This document shows, piece by piece, positions 1 to 9,483 of a stretch of 64,000 nucleotides of DNA. The translations under genes were made by a program, and so were the position numbers. Location of the stretch: NCBI GenBank assembly GCA_964576435.1, contig CAZNUP010000001.1:442259-506258 (forward strand), in the 5' to 3' direction. This stretch comes from an uncultured Gammaproteobacteria bacterium. Lineage in GTDB: Bacteria; Patescibacteriota; Microgenomatia; JAMCZE01. The notes beneath the pieces are model-generated. The model was not told the origin of the DNA. It worked only from the letters and a program-made list of their open reading frames with translations, and made no database searches. The stretch's first letter is position 1. Every line of letters begins with the position of its first letter.

Positions 1-4
1 CGAT

Positions 5-34
5 TTGGCAAGTCATCATGTATGGCGTTATACT
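5..34 (+). promoter_or_regulatory. Candidate sigma70-type promoter, TTGGCA-18-TATACT, upstream of the first island gene
   Basis: TTGGCA at 5-10 and TATACT at 29-34 with an 18-nt spacer. The ATG at 61 follows about 27 nt later with no GGAGG-like SD. Confidence 0.3.
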
Positions 35-60
35 AGTACCCACACTGGTTGGTTTAAACT

Positions 61-1560
61 ATGAAAAATTTATTAAAAAATCTTAACCTCACAAAAGGTG
101 ATTTTGTATTCTTTGCCCTAATCATTCTTCTCTTTTTTGGCACTAGATTAATTAACCTACTTATCATTCCAATCTTTACGGATGAAGCTATCTATTTAAG
201 ATGGAGCCAAATTATGGCCCACGACGCAAGTCTTAGGTACTTGCCTTTGTCAGATGGAAAGCCACCACTTTTTATGTGGCTAGTCTCCTTTGCTATAAGA
301 GGGGCTCCCTTTTTGGATTACCTCTTTGCAGGAAGACTTGTGGCAGTTTTTGCAGGGTTTTTTGGACTAATTGGGGTTTACTTTACAAGCCGTGTTCTCT
401 TTAAAGAAAAATTAGTTGCTAATTTCGCCGCCATTTTTTACTTAATTATTCCCTTTACCCTTTTTTACGACAGGATTGCCCTTGCCGACTCGCTATTAGC
501 AGCCTTTGGGATTTGGAGTATTGGCCTAGGAGTTCTTCTAGCAAAAACCTTGAGATTGGATGTTGCTCTAATTCTTGGATGGATAATTGGTCTTGGGCTT
601 CTAACAAAAACCCCAGCAATATTTTTCATCATGATCCAACCGTTGCTGTTTTTTACGGTTCGAAAATTCAAATTTGCTGACATTGTGAAATTCCTTCTGT
701 TAGTTGGCGTTGCTTTTGTTGAATCTCAAATAATCTTTTCGATTTTAAGGCTCTTCCCATTGTTTCATATGCTCGGTCAAAAAAACCACGAGTTTACGCT
801 GTCTCTGGCAGAATTCCTACAAAACCCATTTGCACTATTTTTCGGAAATATCAAAAGCTTGCTTTCATGGGAAGTTGGTTATTTAACAATCCCCGTTGTC
901 ATACTTATTCTTTTTGCTGTAGTAATGGCAATAAAAAAGCGCTTCCTCCCACCCTTAATCTTGACTCTTATTTTCCTAGGATTTGTAATTTCCATGGCAA
1001 GCTTCAATAAGGTAATTTTTGTCAGGTATTTATTAACCTTTACTCCCGCTCTATTTTTAGTAGCAGCATACGGTTTATTTGAGCTTCAAGCCTTAATTAA
1101 GAATAAATATTTTAAGATTTTGGCAATCGCCTTTTTCTTTGTTTGGCCCATTACGATAAGTATGGATTTATTAACAAATCCTATCCAAGCACAAATTCCT
1201 AAATCTGATTCCGACCAATATCTCCACTCTTGGCCAGCTGGTTTTGGTGTAGTAGAAGTAAGAGATTACTTAGCGAATGTTCCAGGCAAATCTATTGTTC
1301 TAACTGAAGGAACATTTGGACTAATGCCTTATGCCTTAGAGCTTTATCAAAGTGATTATCCAAATACGCAAATTAAACCCTATTGGCCATTGCCAAACAC
1401 ACCTCCTGAAGATATCTTAAAATCTTCAAAAGATACGCAAATATTTGTTCTTATGTATCAAAATCAAAACAAACCCGCAAACTGGAATATGACTGAAGTT
1501 CTACGCTTCCGTCAAGGAAATGGTAATGACTATCTCCGATTGTATAAATTAAACAGATGA
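61..1560 (+). CDS. GT-C fold integral-membrane glycosyltransferase, PMT_2/ArnT-like (GT39/GT83 superfamily)
   Basis: 499 aa with many TM segments. N-terminal loop motif TDEAIYLRW (DE motif) and SDGKPPLFMWLV (hPPL motif) are typical of polyprenyl-phosphate-sugar dependent GT-C transferases. Confidence 0.6.
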   Translation: MKNLLKNLNLTKGDFVFFALIILLFFGTRLINLLIIPIFTDEAIYLRWSQIMAHDASLRYLPLSDGKPPLFMWLVSFAIRGAPFLDYLFAGRLVAVFAGFFGLIGVYFTSRVLFKEKLVANFAAIFYLIIPFTLFYDRIALADSLLAAFGIWSIGLGVLLAKTLRLDVALILGWIIGLGLLTKTPAIFFIMIQPLLFFTVRKFKFADIVKFLLLVGVAFVESQIIFSILRLFPLFHMLGQKNHEFTLSLAEFLQNPFALFFGNIKSLLSWEVGYLTIPVVILILFAVVMAIKKRFLPPLILTLIFLGFVISMASFNKVIFVRYLLTFTPALFLVAAYGLFELQALIKNKYFKILAIAFFFVWPITISMDLLTNPIQAQIPKSDSDQYLHSWPAGFGVVEVRDYLANVPGKSIVLTEGTFGLMPYALELYQSDYPNTQIKPYWPLPNTPPEDILKSSKDTQIFVLMYQNQNKPANWNMTEVLRFRQGNGNDYLRLYKLNR

Positions 1561-3128
1561 AATCATTTGTCGCTATTTTTCTAATAGTTATTCTAGCCTT
1601 CGTTTTACGCTTCTATAATATTGCAACTATTCCGCCCTCCCAAGATTGGGACGAGGCAAGTTTAAGTTGGAACGCCTATTCAATTTTAAAAACCGGAACT
1701 GATGAATATGGTAATGCCCACCCCGTCTCAATTAGATCCTTTAATGATTTCAAGCCCCCTCTTTATGTCTACACTTTAGTGCCATTTCAAGCAATTTTTG
1801 GGTCATCTGACTGGGTCACGCGTGCTCCATCAGCATTGTTTGGTTCTCTAACTGTGCTAGTTATGTTTTTCTTAGGGTGGCTACTTGCTAAAAAGAAAGT
1901 TGGCCTTGCTGTTGCACTTTTATTTGCAGTTACTCCTTGGACAGTTCAATTTAGTAGAGTTGCATTCGAAGCAAATCTGGCTCTGTTTTGGTTTACTCTT
2001 GGTGTTCTGGGAGTTTGCCTTTTTATTAAAAAAGAAAAGGGCCTATATCTTATTCTTTCGACAGTCTGTTTGCTTCTTGCTATGTATGCCTACCATAGTA
2101 CAAGGATAGCAGTGCCAGTTTTTGTTCTTTTAGTGGCTCTTCTAAATGTAAAGCTTTTTTGGAGAAAAAAATTATTTGTCATTATTGCCGGTTTGATATT
2201 TGTGGTTGGCCTCCTTCCTCTTGCAAGAAATTATGTGCGAGTCGGGGGGACTCAAGCCAGGTTTGAGAGCGTCAGCATTTTTAATGCCAAACCTAAGCTA
2301 GAAACGGATACTAAGATTGAAAAAATTAATGCTTTACCATTTATTTACTATCCACAGATAATTACCAGAAACTGGTTATCACATCTAGATTTTAAATTCC
2401 TTTTCTTAACTGCAGACAACACAGATAGGCACCATGCTCCAGATTCTGGATTGTTGTTGTTTGGTGAAATTGCTGCACTTATTTCCGCATTTATACTTGT
2501 AGTAAGAAAAAGACCATCTTGGCTAGGGATGATTTTAGTTCTTATTTTTGTAGCACCTTTGGCATCTTCCATTTCAACCGGCTCTCCGCATGCGGTTAGG
2601 GGACTGTTATTAGTTGTGCCGCTGACTTTTCTATCAGGGTTTGGCATTGTAGGCTCTCTGGAATTTTTTAAATCGAAGTGGAAACTAGTTGTGGCCGGTA
2701 TTTGGTCAGTTGTTTTGTTCGCCAGTGTTTTCTATTTTACTCATCAATATTTCATTCACATGCCAGTTGAGTTTGCTAGGAATTGGCAGTATGGCTACAA
2801 GCAGTTAGTGGAAAAAGTTTTAGCAGTTGAAAATAACTATGATGCCGTTGTGGTAACCACTTACTACGATCAACCATATATCTATTTCCTAAACTATGGA
2901 AGAATTTCTCCAGTAATCAAGAATGATTCATTTTTCTTCCAGGGAATGGATAAATATGTCTTCCATGATCCGGCAGATGTGGAACTTTATGATAAGAAAT
3001 TGTGCTGCAAAATATTAATTGCAGCTGCTCCCCATGAAGAAGTTCCTGGTGCAAATATTATAGATAAGATATACTTCCCAAATGGAAGTGTTGCCTTCAA
3101 TATATGGTCAAAACAAGTAAGAAAGTAA
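1557..3128 (+). CDS. GT-C fold integral-membrane glycosyltransferase, PMT_2/ArnT-like
   Basis: 523 aa polytopic protein. WDEASLSWNAY (DE motif) and FKPPLYVY motif. ATGA overlap with the upstream gene, consistent with translational coupling. Confidence 0.6.
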   Translation: MKSFVAIFLIVILAFVLRFYNIATIPPSQDWDEASLSWNAYSILKTGTDEYGNAHPVSIRSFNDFKPPLYVYTLVPFQAIFGSSDWVTRAPSALFGSLTVLVMFFLGWLLAKKKVGLAVALLFAVTPWTVQFSRVAFEANLALFWFTLGVLGVCLFIKKEKGLYLILSTVCLLLAMYAYHSTRIAVPVFVLLVALLNVKLFWRKKLFVIIAGLIFVVGLLPLARNYVRVGGTQARFESVSIFNAKPKLETDTKIEKINALPFIYYPQIITRNWLSHLDFKFLFLTADNTDRHHAPDSGLLLFGEIAALISAFILVVRKRPSWLGMILVLIFVAPLASSISTGSPHAVRGLLLVVPLTFLSGFGIVGSLEFFKSKWKLVVAGIWSVVLFASVFYFTHQYFIHMPVEFARNWQYGYKQLVEKVLAVENNYDAVVVTTYYDQPYIYFLNYGRISPVIKNDSFFFQGMDKYVFHDPADVELYDKKLCCKILIAAAPHEEVPGANIIDKIYFPNGSVAFNIWSKQVRK

Positions 3129-3877
3129 GCATAGTAATTCCTGCCTACAATGAAGAAAAGAACTTTCGCGCGGGTCTTTTGAATCCAATGATTTCCTTTT
3201 TAGAAAAACAGAAATATACTTTTGAGGTAATTTTTGTCGATGATGGTTCAACAGATAAGACTAAAAGTCTTGTTCAGGATTTATCAAAGAAAATTTCTAA
3301 ACCTGGTAAAACGTATAGGGTGCTTTCGATTCCTCACGGCGGTAAAGCCGCAGCAGTAAAAGCAGGGATGCTTGATGGGGTTGGGGAAATAATTTTATTT
3401 ACTGACTTTGATCAATCAACTCCAATAAGTAACCTTGATAAATTTCTAAAAGCCCATGAAAAAGGTGCTGATGTTGTAATTGGAGTTCGTGGAGAAGGTG
3501 CCGAAACTAAAAAAGACACTATCTTTAGAAGATTTAGAAGCTGGGGGTTTGTCTTTTATGTTCAAATTGTAGCTCTTCCAGGAATTTCAGATACCCAGTG
3601 TGGTTTTAAATCTTTTAAACATGACGTTGCTAAAAAGATATTTTCTAATTTGAGAGTTACGTTTAAGAAGAAAGTATCTGGTGGCTATATGGGCGCCTTT
3701 GACGTCGAAGCACTTTTCATAGCAAAAAAACTTCATTGTACAATTGTCCAAATTCCGGTTAGCTGGGTAAAAGTCTATTCTGAAAAACTTAATATCTGGC
3801 GTGAACCCCTTCAGATGGCAATTGATACTTTAAATGTGAGAATTGCAGGCCTGTCCGGCAAATATGACAATATATGA
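3104..3877 (+). CDS. GT2 polyprenyl-phosphate sugar synthase (DPM1/GtrB-like)
   Basis: VSIVIPAYNEE...VDDGSTDKT N-terminal GT-A signature and a DxD-like FTDFD. The size of about 250 aa is typical of Dpm1/GtrB-type enzymes. Confidence 0.65.
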   Translation: MVKTSKKVSIVIPAYNEEKNFRAGLLNPMISFLEKQKYTFEVIFVDDGSTDKTKSLVQDLSKKISKPGKTYRVLSIPHGGKAAAVKAGMLDGVGEIILFTDFDQSTPISNLDKFLKAHEKGADVVIGVRGEGAETKKDTIFRRFRSWGFVFYVQIVALPGISDTQCGFKSFKHDVAKKIFSNLRVTFKKKVSGGYMGAFDVEALFIAKKLHCTIVQIPVSWVKVYSEKLNIWREPLQMAIDTLNVRIAGLSGKYDNI

Positions 3878-4854
3878 TTATCACCCAGACTCCTCTAAGA
3901 GTTAGCTTCCTAGGTGGCAATACAGACTTTTCCAAATACTATCTAAAACGAGGTGGCGCAGTTCTATCAACTGCAATTGATAAATATATCTACTGCATTA
4001 TTACCGAGAGATTTGATGAAAAAATTTACGTCAACTGGTCTAAAAAAGAAATTGTCGATACCCCAAATGAACTAGAGCACGAACTGGTTAGAGAGGCTCT
4101 TAAAAAAGTAGGCGTCACAAAAGGCGTAGAAATTAGTTTCTTGGCAGATATTCCCTCAGAAGGTTCGGGTCTTGGTTCCAGCAGTAGTGTTTTGGTTGGA
4201 GTTCTAAATGCTTTGTATCACTACATTGGTGAGACTCCAACAGAGGAGCGTCTTGCCAAAGAGGCTTGTGAAATTGAAATTGAAGTTTTGAAAAAACCAA
4301 TTGGCATTCAAGACCAATACATAGCAGCCTATGGTGGACTAAGATTCTTTGAATTCCAAAAAAGTGGTGCCATTAAATCAACTAGAGTTAATATCCCAAA
4401 AAACATCAAAGAAGACTTTGATAATAGTTTAATGATGTTTTACACAGGTAAAACTAGAAAATCGAGTACGATTCTCTCTTCAGTTAAAGAAAACATCAAG
4501 GATAAAGAAAAATTACTTGATAAAACTAAAGAACTAGCTGTAGCTGGTCATAAAGCCCTTCTTAAAGGAAAAGTAGAAACAGTCGGTAAACTATTAAACG
4601 ATTATTGGCGCTTAAAAAAGCAAATGTCCGGTGCTATTTCGAATCCCGAGTTAGACACTTTGTATGACAAGGCATTAAAGGCAGGAGCAATCGGTGGGAA
4701 GCTTTTAGGTGCGGGTGGGGGAGGTTTTATGCTTTTTATGGTTCCATCAGAAAAACGCCAAAGTGTTAGGAAAGCTCTTAAAAACTACAGAGAGATGCCA
4801 TTCCATTTTGAGAAAGATGGCAGTAAAGTAATTGTGAATATAAGTAGAAATTAA
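3874..4854 (+). CDS. GHMP-family sugar kinase, HddA-like (D-glycero-D-manno-heptose 7-phosphate kinase family, COG2605)
   Basis: PLRVSFLGGNTDF motif and the GHMP ATP-binding loop PSEGSGLGSSSS. It is adjacent to a GmhA-like SIS gene. Confidence 0.55.
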   Translation: MIITQTPLRVSFLGGNTDFSKYYLKRGGAVLSTAIDKYIYCIITERFDEKIYVNWSKKEIVDTPNELEHELVREALKKVGVTKGVEISFLADIPSEGSGLGSSSSVLVGVLNALYHYIGETPTEERLAKEACEIEIEVLKKPIGIQDQYIAAYGGLRFFEFQKSGAIKSTRVNIPKNIKEDFDNSLMMFYTGKTRKSSTILSSVKENIKDKEKLLDKTKELAVAGHKALLKGKVETVGKLLNDYWRLKKQMSGAISNPELDTLYDKALKAGAIGGKLLGAGGGGFMLFMVPSEKRQSVRKALKNYREMPFHFEKDGSKVIVNISRN

Positions 4855-4855
4855 T

Positions 4856-5983
4856 ATGGCTAAAGGCAAAGTCTTAATAATTGGTGGTGCAGGATTCATT
4901 GGTTCCCACACAGCTGACGAACTGAAAAATAGAGGATATGATATTAGAATTCTTGATAATCTTTCCCCAAAGACTCACTTCGGCGCTTGGCCAGAATATT
5001 TAGATTCTTCTTTTGAGAAGATGGAGGGCGATGCGAGAAGTAAGGAAGATTTAGAAAAATCTCTAACTGGTGTTGATTATGTTATTCATCTCGCCGCCCA
5101 AATGGATCTAATGCCTGACTTCAGTGTGTTTTTTGATACCAATGTTACAAGTACAGCTTTAATTTATGAACTTATTGTCAAAAATAAATTGCCGATTAAA
5201 AAAGTCGTCGTCGCTTCATCTCAATTTGTTTATGGTGAGGGTCAATGGAATTGTAAAAAAGATGGAGTAGTAACCCCAAATTTAAGAACCCCTGAGCAAC
5301 TAGAAAAAGGCCATTGGAATCCAGTTTGTCCAAAATGCGGTGGGGAAATAAACTATTTAGGAAATACCGAAGACCATCAAGATCCACCCAATCAATATGC
5401 TATTTCTAAGTATGCAGAAGAGCTAATTGCTTTAAAAATTGGCAGGCAGTATGGTGTGCCTTCGGTAGCAATGCGTTATTCAATTGTCCACGGGCCAAGG
5501 CAGTCATTAAAAAATGCCTATTCAGGAGCTTTAAGAATTTTTGCCATGAAACTTTTAAACGGAGAAACACCACCAATTTACGAGGATGGAGCCTCGTTAA
5601 GGGATTATGTCTCAGTTTATGATGTCGCTAGAGCCAATGCTGATGTTTTGGAAAGTGATAAAGCTAACTACGAAAACTTTAATGTTGGCGGAGAAAAAGC
5701 CTACACAGTAACTGAACTAGCAACAATGGTTAGAGACTTGCTAGGTTTGTCTATGGATTTAAAACCAAGTCATCTTTTTAGAGTTGGTGACATTAGAAAT
5801 GCAGTTTCAAAAACAGACAAACTTCGAAAAATTGGCTGGAAGCAAAAAGACACTGAAGAGAATATTGTTAAAAAATATTTGGAATGGCTTAAGATTGAAG
5901 TTAAAAAACAAGATTTCTACTCCTATATTAAAGAAGCTGAGCAAAACATGCAGAAAAATGGTGTCATTAAAAAAGGAGCATGA
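4856..5983 (+). CDS. NAD-dependent sugar epimerase/dehydratase (extended SDR) with a Cys-containing insertion
   Basis: N-terminal GGAGFIGSH Rossmann motif and catalytic YAISK (YxxxK). A 40-aa insertion carries C-x26-CPKC, a possible metal-ribbon. Confidence 0.65.
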   Translation: MAKGKVLIIGGAGFIGSHTADELKNRGYDIRILDNLSPKTHFGAWPEYLDSSFEKMEGDARSKEDLEKSLTGVDYVIHLAAQMDLMPDFSVFFDTNVTSTALIYELIVKNKLPIKKVVVASSQFVYGEGQWNCKKDGVVTPNLRTPEQLEKGHWNPVCPKCGGEINYLGNTEDHQDPPNQYAISKYAEELIALKIGRQYGVPSVAMRYSIVHGPRQSLKNAYSGALRIFAMKLLNGETPPIYEDGASLRDYVSVYDVARANADVLESDKANYENFNVGGEKAYTVTELATMVRDLLGLSMDLKPSHLFRVGDIRNAVSKTDKLRKIGWKQKDTEENIVKKYLEWLKIEVKKQDFYSYIKEAEQNMQKNGVIKKGA

Positions 5984-6585
5984 ACTCAAAAAAATTCTTC
6001 ACCGATTATTTTTCTACTCTAAAAACCGCACTTGATGAAATTGATGTTAAAAAGTTGGAGAAAAGCTGTGAACTCTTAAAAACTGCCTATAAGGGTGGTA
6101 AAACAATTTTTACTATTGGTAACGGGGGGTCCGCTTCAACGGCTAGTCACATGGCCTGTGATTTAGCGAAAACCGTAAGAGGTCATAAAGGCGATTCAAA
6201 GTGGAAAGGCTTTAAAGCAATTTGCCTTGCAGATAATATGGGTTTAATAACTGCTTGGGCTAATGACGCGGGATATGAAAAAGTGTTTTCCGGACAGCTA
6301 GAGAATTTAGGTTCAAAAGGCGACATTCTTATAGCAATTTCATCATCTGGGAATTCTGAGAATATCCTCTCATGTGTTAAGCTTGCTAAAGAGCTTGGTA
6401 TAAAGACAATAGGGATAAGCGGGTTCAAGGGAGGAAAGTTGAAAAATTTAGTGGACGTAGCTTTAGTTTCAAGTGAAGAAGCTTATGGTCCAGTCGAAGA
6501 TATTCAACTTGTCATAAATCACGCAATTACAAATTATTTTATAAATTATTTCAATGAAACTTTCAGTCACACTAGCAGTTCATAA
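5980..6585 (+). CDS. gmhA: SIS-domain sedoheptulose-7-phosphate isomerase-like (GmhA family)
   Basis: TIGNGGSASTASHMACDL matches the GmhA GNGGSAADAQHFAAEL signature. The SIS-typical size (201 aa) and the neighbouring HddA-like kinase support the call. Confidence 0.55.
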   Translation: MNSKKFFTDYFSTLKTALDEIDVKKLEKSCELLKTAYKGGKTIFTIGNGGSASTASHMACDLAKTVRGHKGDSKWKGFKAICLADNMGLITAWANDAGYEKVFSGQLENLGSKGDILIAISSSGNSENILSCVKLAKELGIKTIGISGFKGGKLKNLVDVALVSSEEAYGPVEDIQLVINHAITNYFINYFNETFSHTSSS

Positions 6586-7324
6586 TGAAGAAAAGTTCTT
6601 AGGTAGATGTTTAGATGCGATTAAAGGTATCGCAGATGAAATCATTATTGTCGATGGGCAGTCTGAAGATAAAACAGTAGAAATTGCCAAAAAGTACAAA
6701 GCAAAAATTTTCGAAGTCAAAAATGACCCAATTAACTTTCATAAACAAAAAAAACTAGCAAACGACAAGGCTACAGGCGACTGGATTTTGCAACTTGACG
6801 CTGACGAAGTTGTTTCTAAAGAATTAGCAAAAGAAATCGTAGATACAATAAATTCTAATCCAATGAAGAATGGGTTTTGGATGCCCCGGTTAAATTACTT
6901 TTTGGGAAAATTCCTTAGAAAAGGTGGAACCTATCCAGATTACACGCTAAGACTATATAGAAGGGGAAAAGGAAATCTTCCCGCTGATAATGTACACGAA
7001 CAAGCAAAAGTCGAAGGGGAAGTTGGTTTTTTGAAAAACGATCTGCTTCACTACAGTAATCCCACCTTTGGAGATTACATTGAAAAACGCTTCAATAGAT
7101 ATACAGACGAAATGGCAGCCAGAGCAAAAAACCCCACATTTTTTAATTACGTGTTTTTGCGTCCACTAGTTGACAAGAATCAGGGTTTTCTGTCGATCTA
7201 TGTTAGACATTTAGGATTCTTAGATGGGTTTCCAGGTTTCATTTGGGCTCTATTTAGTGCACTTCATTATCCAATTGCATATTTTAAATACCTCGATATT
7301 AAAGAGGGTAGAATAAAGATATAG
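6554..7324 (+). CDS. GT2 family glycosyltransferase (WaaE/KdtX-like small GT-A)
   Basis: LSVTLAVHNEEKFLGRCLD...VDGQSEDKT and LQLDADE (DxD-like). Confidence 0.55.
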   Translation: MKLSVTLAVHNEEKFLGRCLDAIKGIADEIIIVDGQSEDKTVEIAKKYKAKIFEVKNDPINFHKQKKLANDKATGDWILQLDADEVVSKELAKEIVDTINSNPMKNGFWMPRLNYFLGKFLRKGGTYPDYTLRLYRRGKGNLPADNVHEQAKVEGEVGFLKNDLLHYSNPTFGDYIEKRFNRYTDEMAARAKNPTFFNYVFLRPLVDKNQGFLSIYVRHLGFLDGFPGFIWALFSALHYPIAYFKYLDIKEGRIKI

Positions 7325-7336
7325 GTTTATTCTGTC

Positions 7337-7367
7337 TTAGGAATGAACTTAATAATGCTGATATAAT
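7337..7367 (+). promoter_or_regulatory. Extended -10 promoter (TGaTATAAT) 6 nt upstream of the ATG at 7374; apparently leaderless
   Basis: TG at 7359-7360 and TATAAT at 7362-7367. Weak -35 (TTAGGA/AGGAAT). No room for an SD. Confidence 0.4.
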
Positions 7368-7373
7368 TTCTCT

Positions 7374-8402
7374 ATGAAAGTGGGTTTGGTAAAACCACCA
7401 AATACAGGTAATTCAGTTCGAGGTGTTGGTTTCTATGCCGAGAGACTCTTTAATGCTCTTCTTGAAAAAAAGGATTTAGAAATTAGCTGGATGAACTATT
7501 CAAAAAACCCTTTTGCCTATCAAAAGTATGATATTGTTCATTTCCCATTTTTTGATCCTTTTATGTTGACCCTGCCTCCAGTTAGAGTAAGCCGAACTAT
7601 CGTGACAGTCCATGACCTCATTCCTCTTAAATTTCCAGCGCACTATCCTTTAGGAAGAAAAGCAAAAGTTGTTTGGCCTGTCCAAAAAAAGATCCTAGCC
7701 GGAGTCGATGGAATCATTACAGACTCAAAAGCTTCAAAAAAAGATATTGAAGAAATTGTCAAAATCCCTCCAGACAAGATTTTTATAACTTATCTAGCCG
7801 CTGATAAAGCGTTTCAAAAGTTAACTGATGAAAAACTTCTATCTAAAGTAAAGAAAAAATTTAATCTACCTGACAAGTTTGCTCTCTACGTAGGGGGCGT
7901 TAATTGGAACAAAAATGTTCCAGGATTAATAAAAGCTTGCGCCCTGATTAATCTACCACTTGTCTTAGTAGGCAAGGAATTTGAAGCAAAAGGATTGGAT
8001 TTATCTCATAAAGAATTAGCTTCATTTAGAGAAGTAACTGAGTTGATGGTAAATAATAAAAATATTTTGCCATTAGGTTTTGTAGAAACTGCTGATCTCG
8101 TAGGAATCTATAATTTAGCAACTGTCTATGTCCAACCCTCGTTTTATGAAGGTTTTGGACTCCCAGTTTTAGAAGCATTAGCCTCGGGTGCTCCTGTTGT
8201 TTCAGGAATGGGAGGAAGCCTTGCAGAAATTGGTGGTAAAGCAGTCGTCTTTGCTGAAGTTGATGATCCAAAAGATCTTGCTGAAAAAATATCTAAATCT
8301 AAAAAGAATGATAAAGGAATGGATCAAGCAAATAAATTTTCTTGGCAAAAGTGCGCTGATGAAACATATGACATTTATCAAGAAATTCTACACAGAGTAT
8401 AA
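7374..8402 (+). CDS. GT4 family glycosyltransferase (GT-B, Glycos_transf_1)
   Basis: C-terminal EGFGLPVLEALASGAPVV (E-x7-E motif region). Confidence 0.75.
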   Translation: MKVGLVKPPNTGNSVRGVGFYAERLFNALLEKKDLEISWMNYSKNPFAYQKYDIVHFPFFDPFMLTLPPVRVSRTIVTVHDLIPLKFPAHYPLGRKAKVVWPVQKKILAGVDGIITDSKASKKDIEEIVKIPPDKIFITYLAADKAFQKLTDEKLLSKVKKKFNLPDKFALYVGGVNWNKNVPGLIKACALINLPLVLVGKEFEAKGLDLSHKELASFREVTELMVNNKNILPLGFVETADLVGIYNLATVYVQPSFYEGFGLPVLEALASGAPVVSGMGGSLAEIGGKAVVFAEVDDPKDLAEKISKSKKNDKGMDQANKFSWQKCADETYDIYQEILHRV

Positions 8403-9483
8403 ACTCCCTATTCTCATCTTTTTAATTTGGCGTCTGGGCTTGTTCGCCTTAGGATTTCTTGCAATTAATATTTTGCCGTTTAAAGCTAGTTTCCCCTATG
8501 TCCCTGAAGTTCTAATACCCAGTGGCTTCAATCAGGCAATCTGGCAGTGGGGTAACTTTGATGGAGTTCATTATCTAACAATAGCAAGTCTAGGCTATTC
8601 AGGGGATGTCGCCAGTGAACAAGTCTTCTTTCCAGTCTTCCCGATAATGATTTGGGTTTTAACATTTTTGACAAAGAATTATGTCCTTTCAGGCCTCATT
8701 TTGTCGACAGTATTTTCATTAATAGTAGGATTAGCCTTATATAAATTAGTAAAGAAAACTTTTGATGAAAAAATTGCAATCTGGTCCGTGCTATTCCTTT
8801 ACGCATTTCCAACCTCCTTCTTTTTTGGAAGCATCTATACAGAAGCGATTTTCTTAAGTTTCATACTTCTAGCTTTCTTAAAAGATGGAATTATTGGATT
8901 TATCTTTTCATTCTTGGCAGGGGGAACAAGATTAGTTGGCGGATTCTTGGGAGTCGCTGCTTTTTTTAAACCAAAAAAATTTGTCCTTCTTGCTAGTTTC
9001 CTTGGAGTCCTAGCTTACATGATTTATCTAGGAGCTACTTTTAATGACCCCTTCAAGTTTATTTCTGCTCAAAGTTCCTTTAAAAATGAGCGTGCCACAA
9101 GTTTTACGAGGGTAGTCACACCACCTCAAGTTGCGTATAGATACTTTAAAATTTTCAAAACCACAAGCCCACAAAATTATGACTTCTGGCTATCAATGCT
9201 AGAATTTTGGTCATTTATAGGCGGAACAGTTGTTTTAATTTATCTTTATTTTAAATCCAAAATCCCAAAACCTTGGATAATTTTTTCTTTAGGAAGTTTA
9301 ATTTTGCCTGCTTTTTCTGGAACATTTTCCTCAGTCCCTAGGTATCTTTTAGTTTGTTTTCCAATATATATTTTCTTAGGGAGTATTAAAACTAAATGGA
9401 TAAGATCCTCGCTTCTAGTAATATTTTTGGTCTTTGAAGCAATTTTTACTTGTTTATTTTTGAGAGGTTACTTCGTTGCTTGA
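8359..9483 (+). CDS. Polytopic membrane protein, PIG-V/DUF2029-like GT-C mannosyltransferase candidate
   Basis: The ORF-track start at 8188 lies deep inside the upstream GT4, so the start was moved to the ATG at 8359 (or 8368). WGNFDGVHYLTIASLGY resembles the W-D-x-HYL-IA-GY loop of the PIG-V family. More than 8 TM segments. Confidence 0.4.
   Translation: MKHMTFIKKFYTEYKLPILIFLIWRLGLFALGFLAINILPFKASFPYVPEVLIPSGFNQAIWQWGNFDGVHYLTIASLGYSGDVASEQVFFPVFPIMIWVLTFLTKNYVLSGLILSTVFSLIVGLALYKLVKKTFDEKIAIWSVLFLYAFPTSFFFGSIYTEAIFLSFILLAFLKDGIIGFIFSFLAGGTRLVGGFLGVAAFFKPKKFVLLASFLGVLAYMIYLGATFNDPFKFISAQSSFKNERATSFTRVVTPPQVAYRYFKIFKTTSPQNYDFWLSMLEFWSFIGGTVVLIYLYFKSKIPKPWIIFSLGSLILPAFSGTFSSVPRYLLVCFPIYIFLGSIKTKWIRSSLLVIFLVFEAIFTCLFLRGYFVA

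Noticed and set aside
1885-2109. 74-aa ORF and the many other 60-100 aa ORFs in the six-frame track (for example 465..683, 2348..2647, 5196..5387, 9807..10106, 11478..11753, 26048..26293, 39103..39417, 46624..46818, 47164..47433, 47596..47967)
   Set aside because: All lie entirely inside longer, motif-supported CDSs in another frame or strand, and show low-complexity or Leu/Ser-rich composition typical of shadow ORFs in AT-rich DNA.
8188-8358. ORF-track start of the PIG-V-like gene 171 nt inside the preceding GT4 gene
   Set aside because: This would give a long out-of-frame overlap with a well-supported GT4 C-terminus. An in-frame ATG at 8359/8368 gives a short coupling-type overlap and a sensible TM-rich N-terminus.
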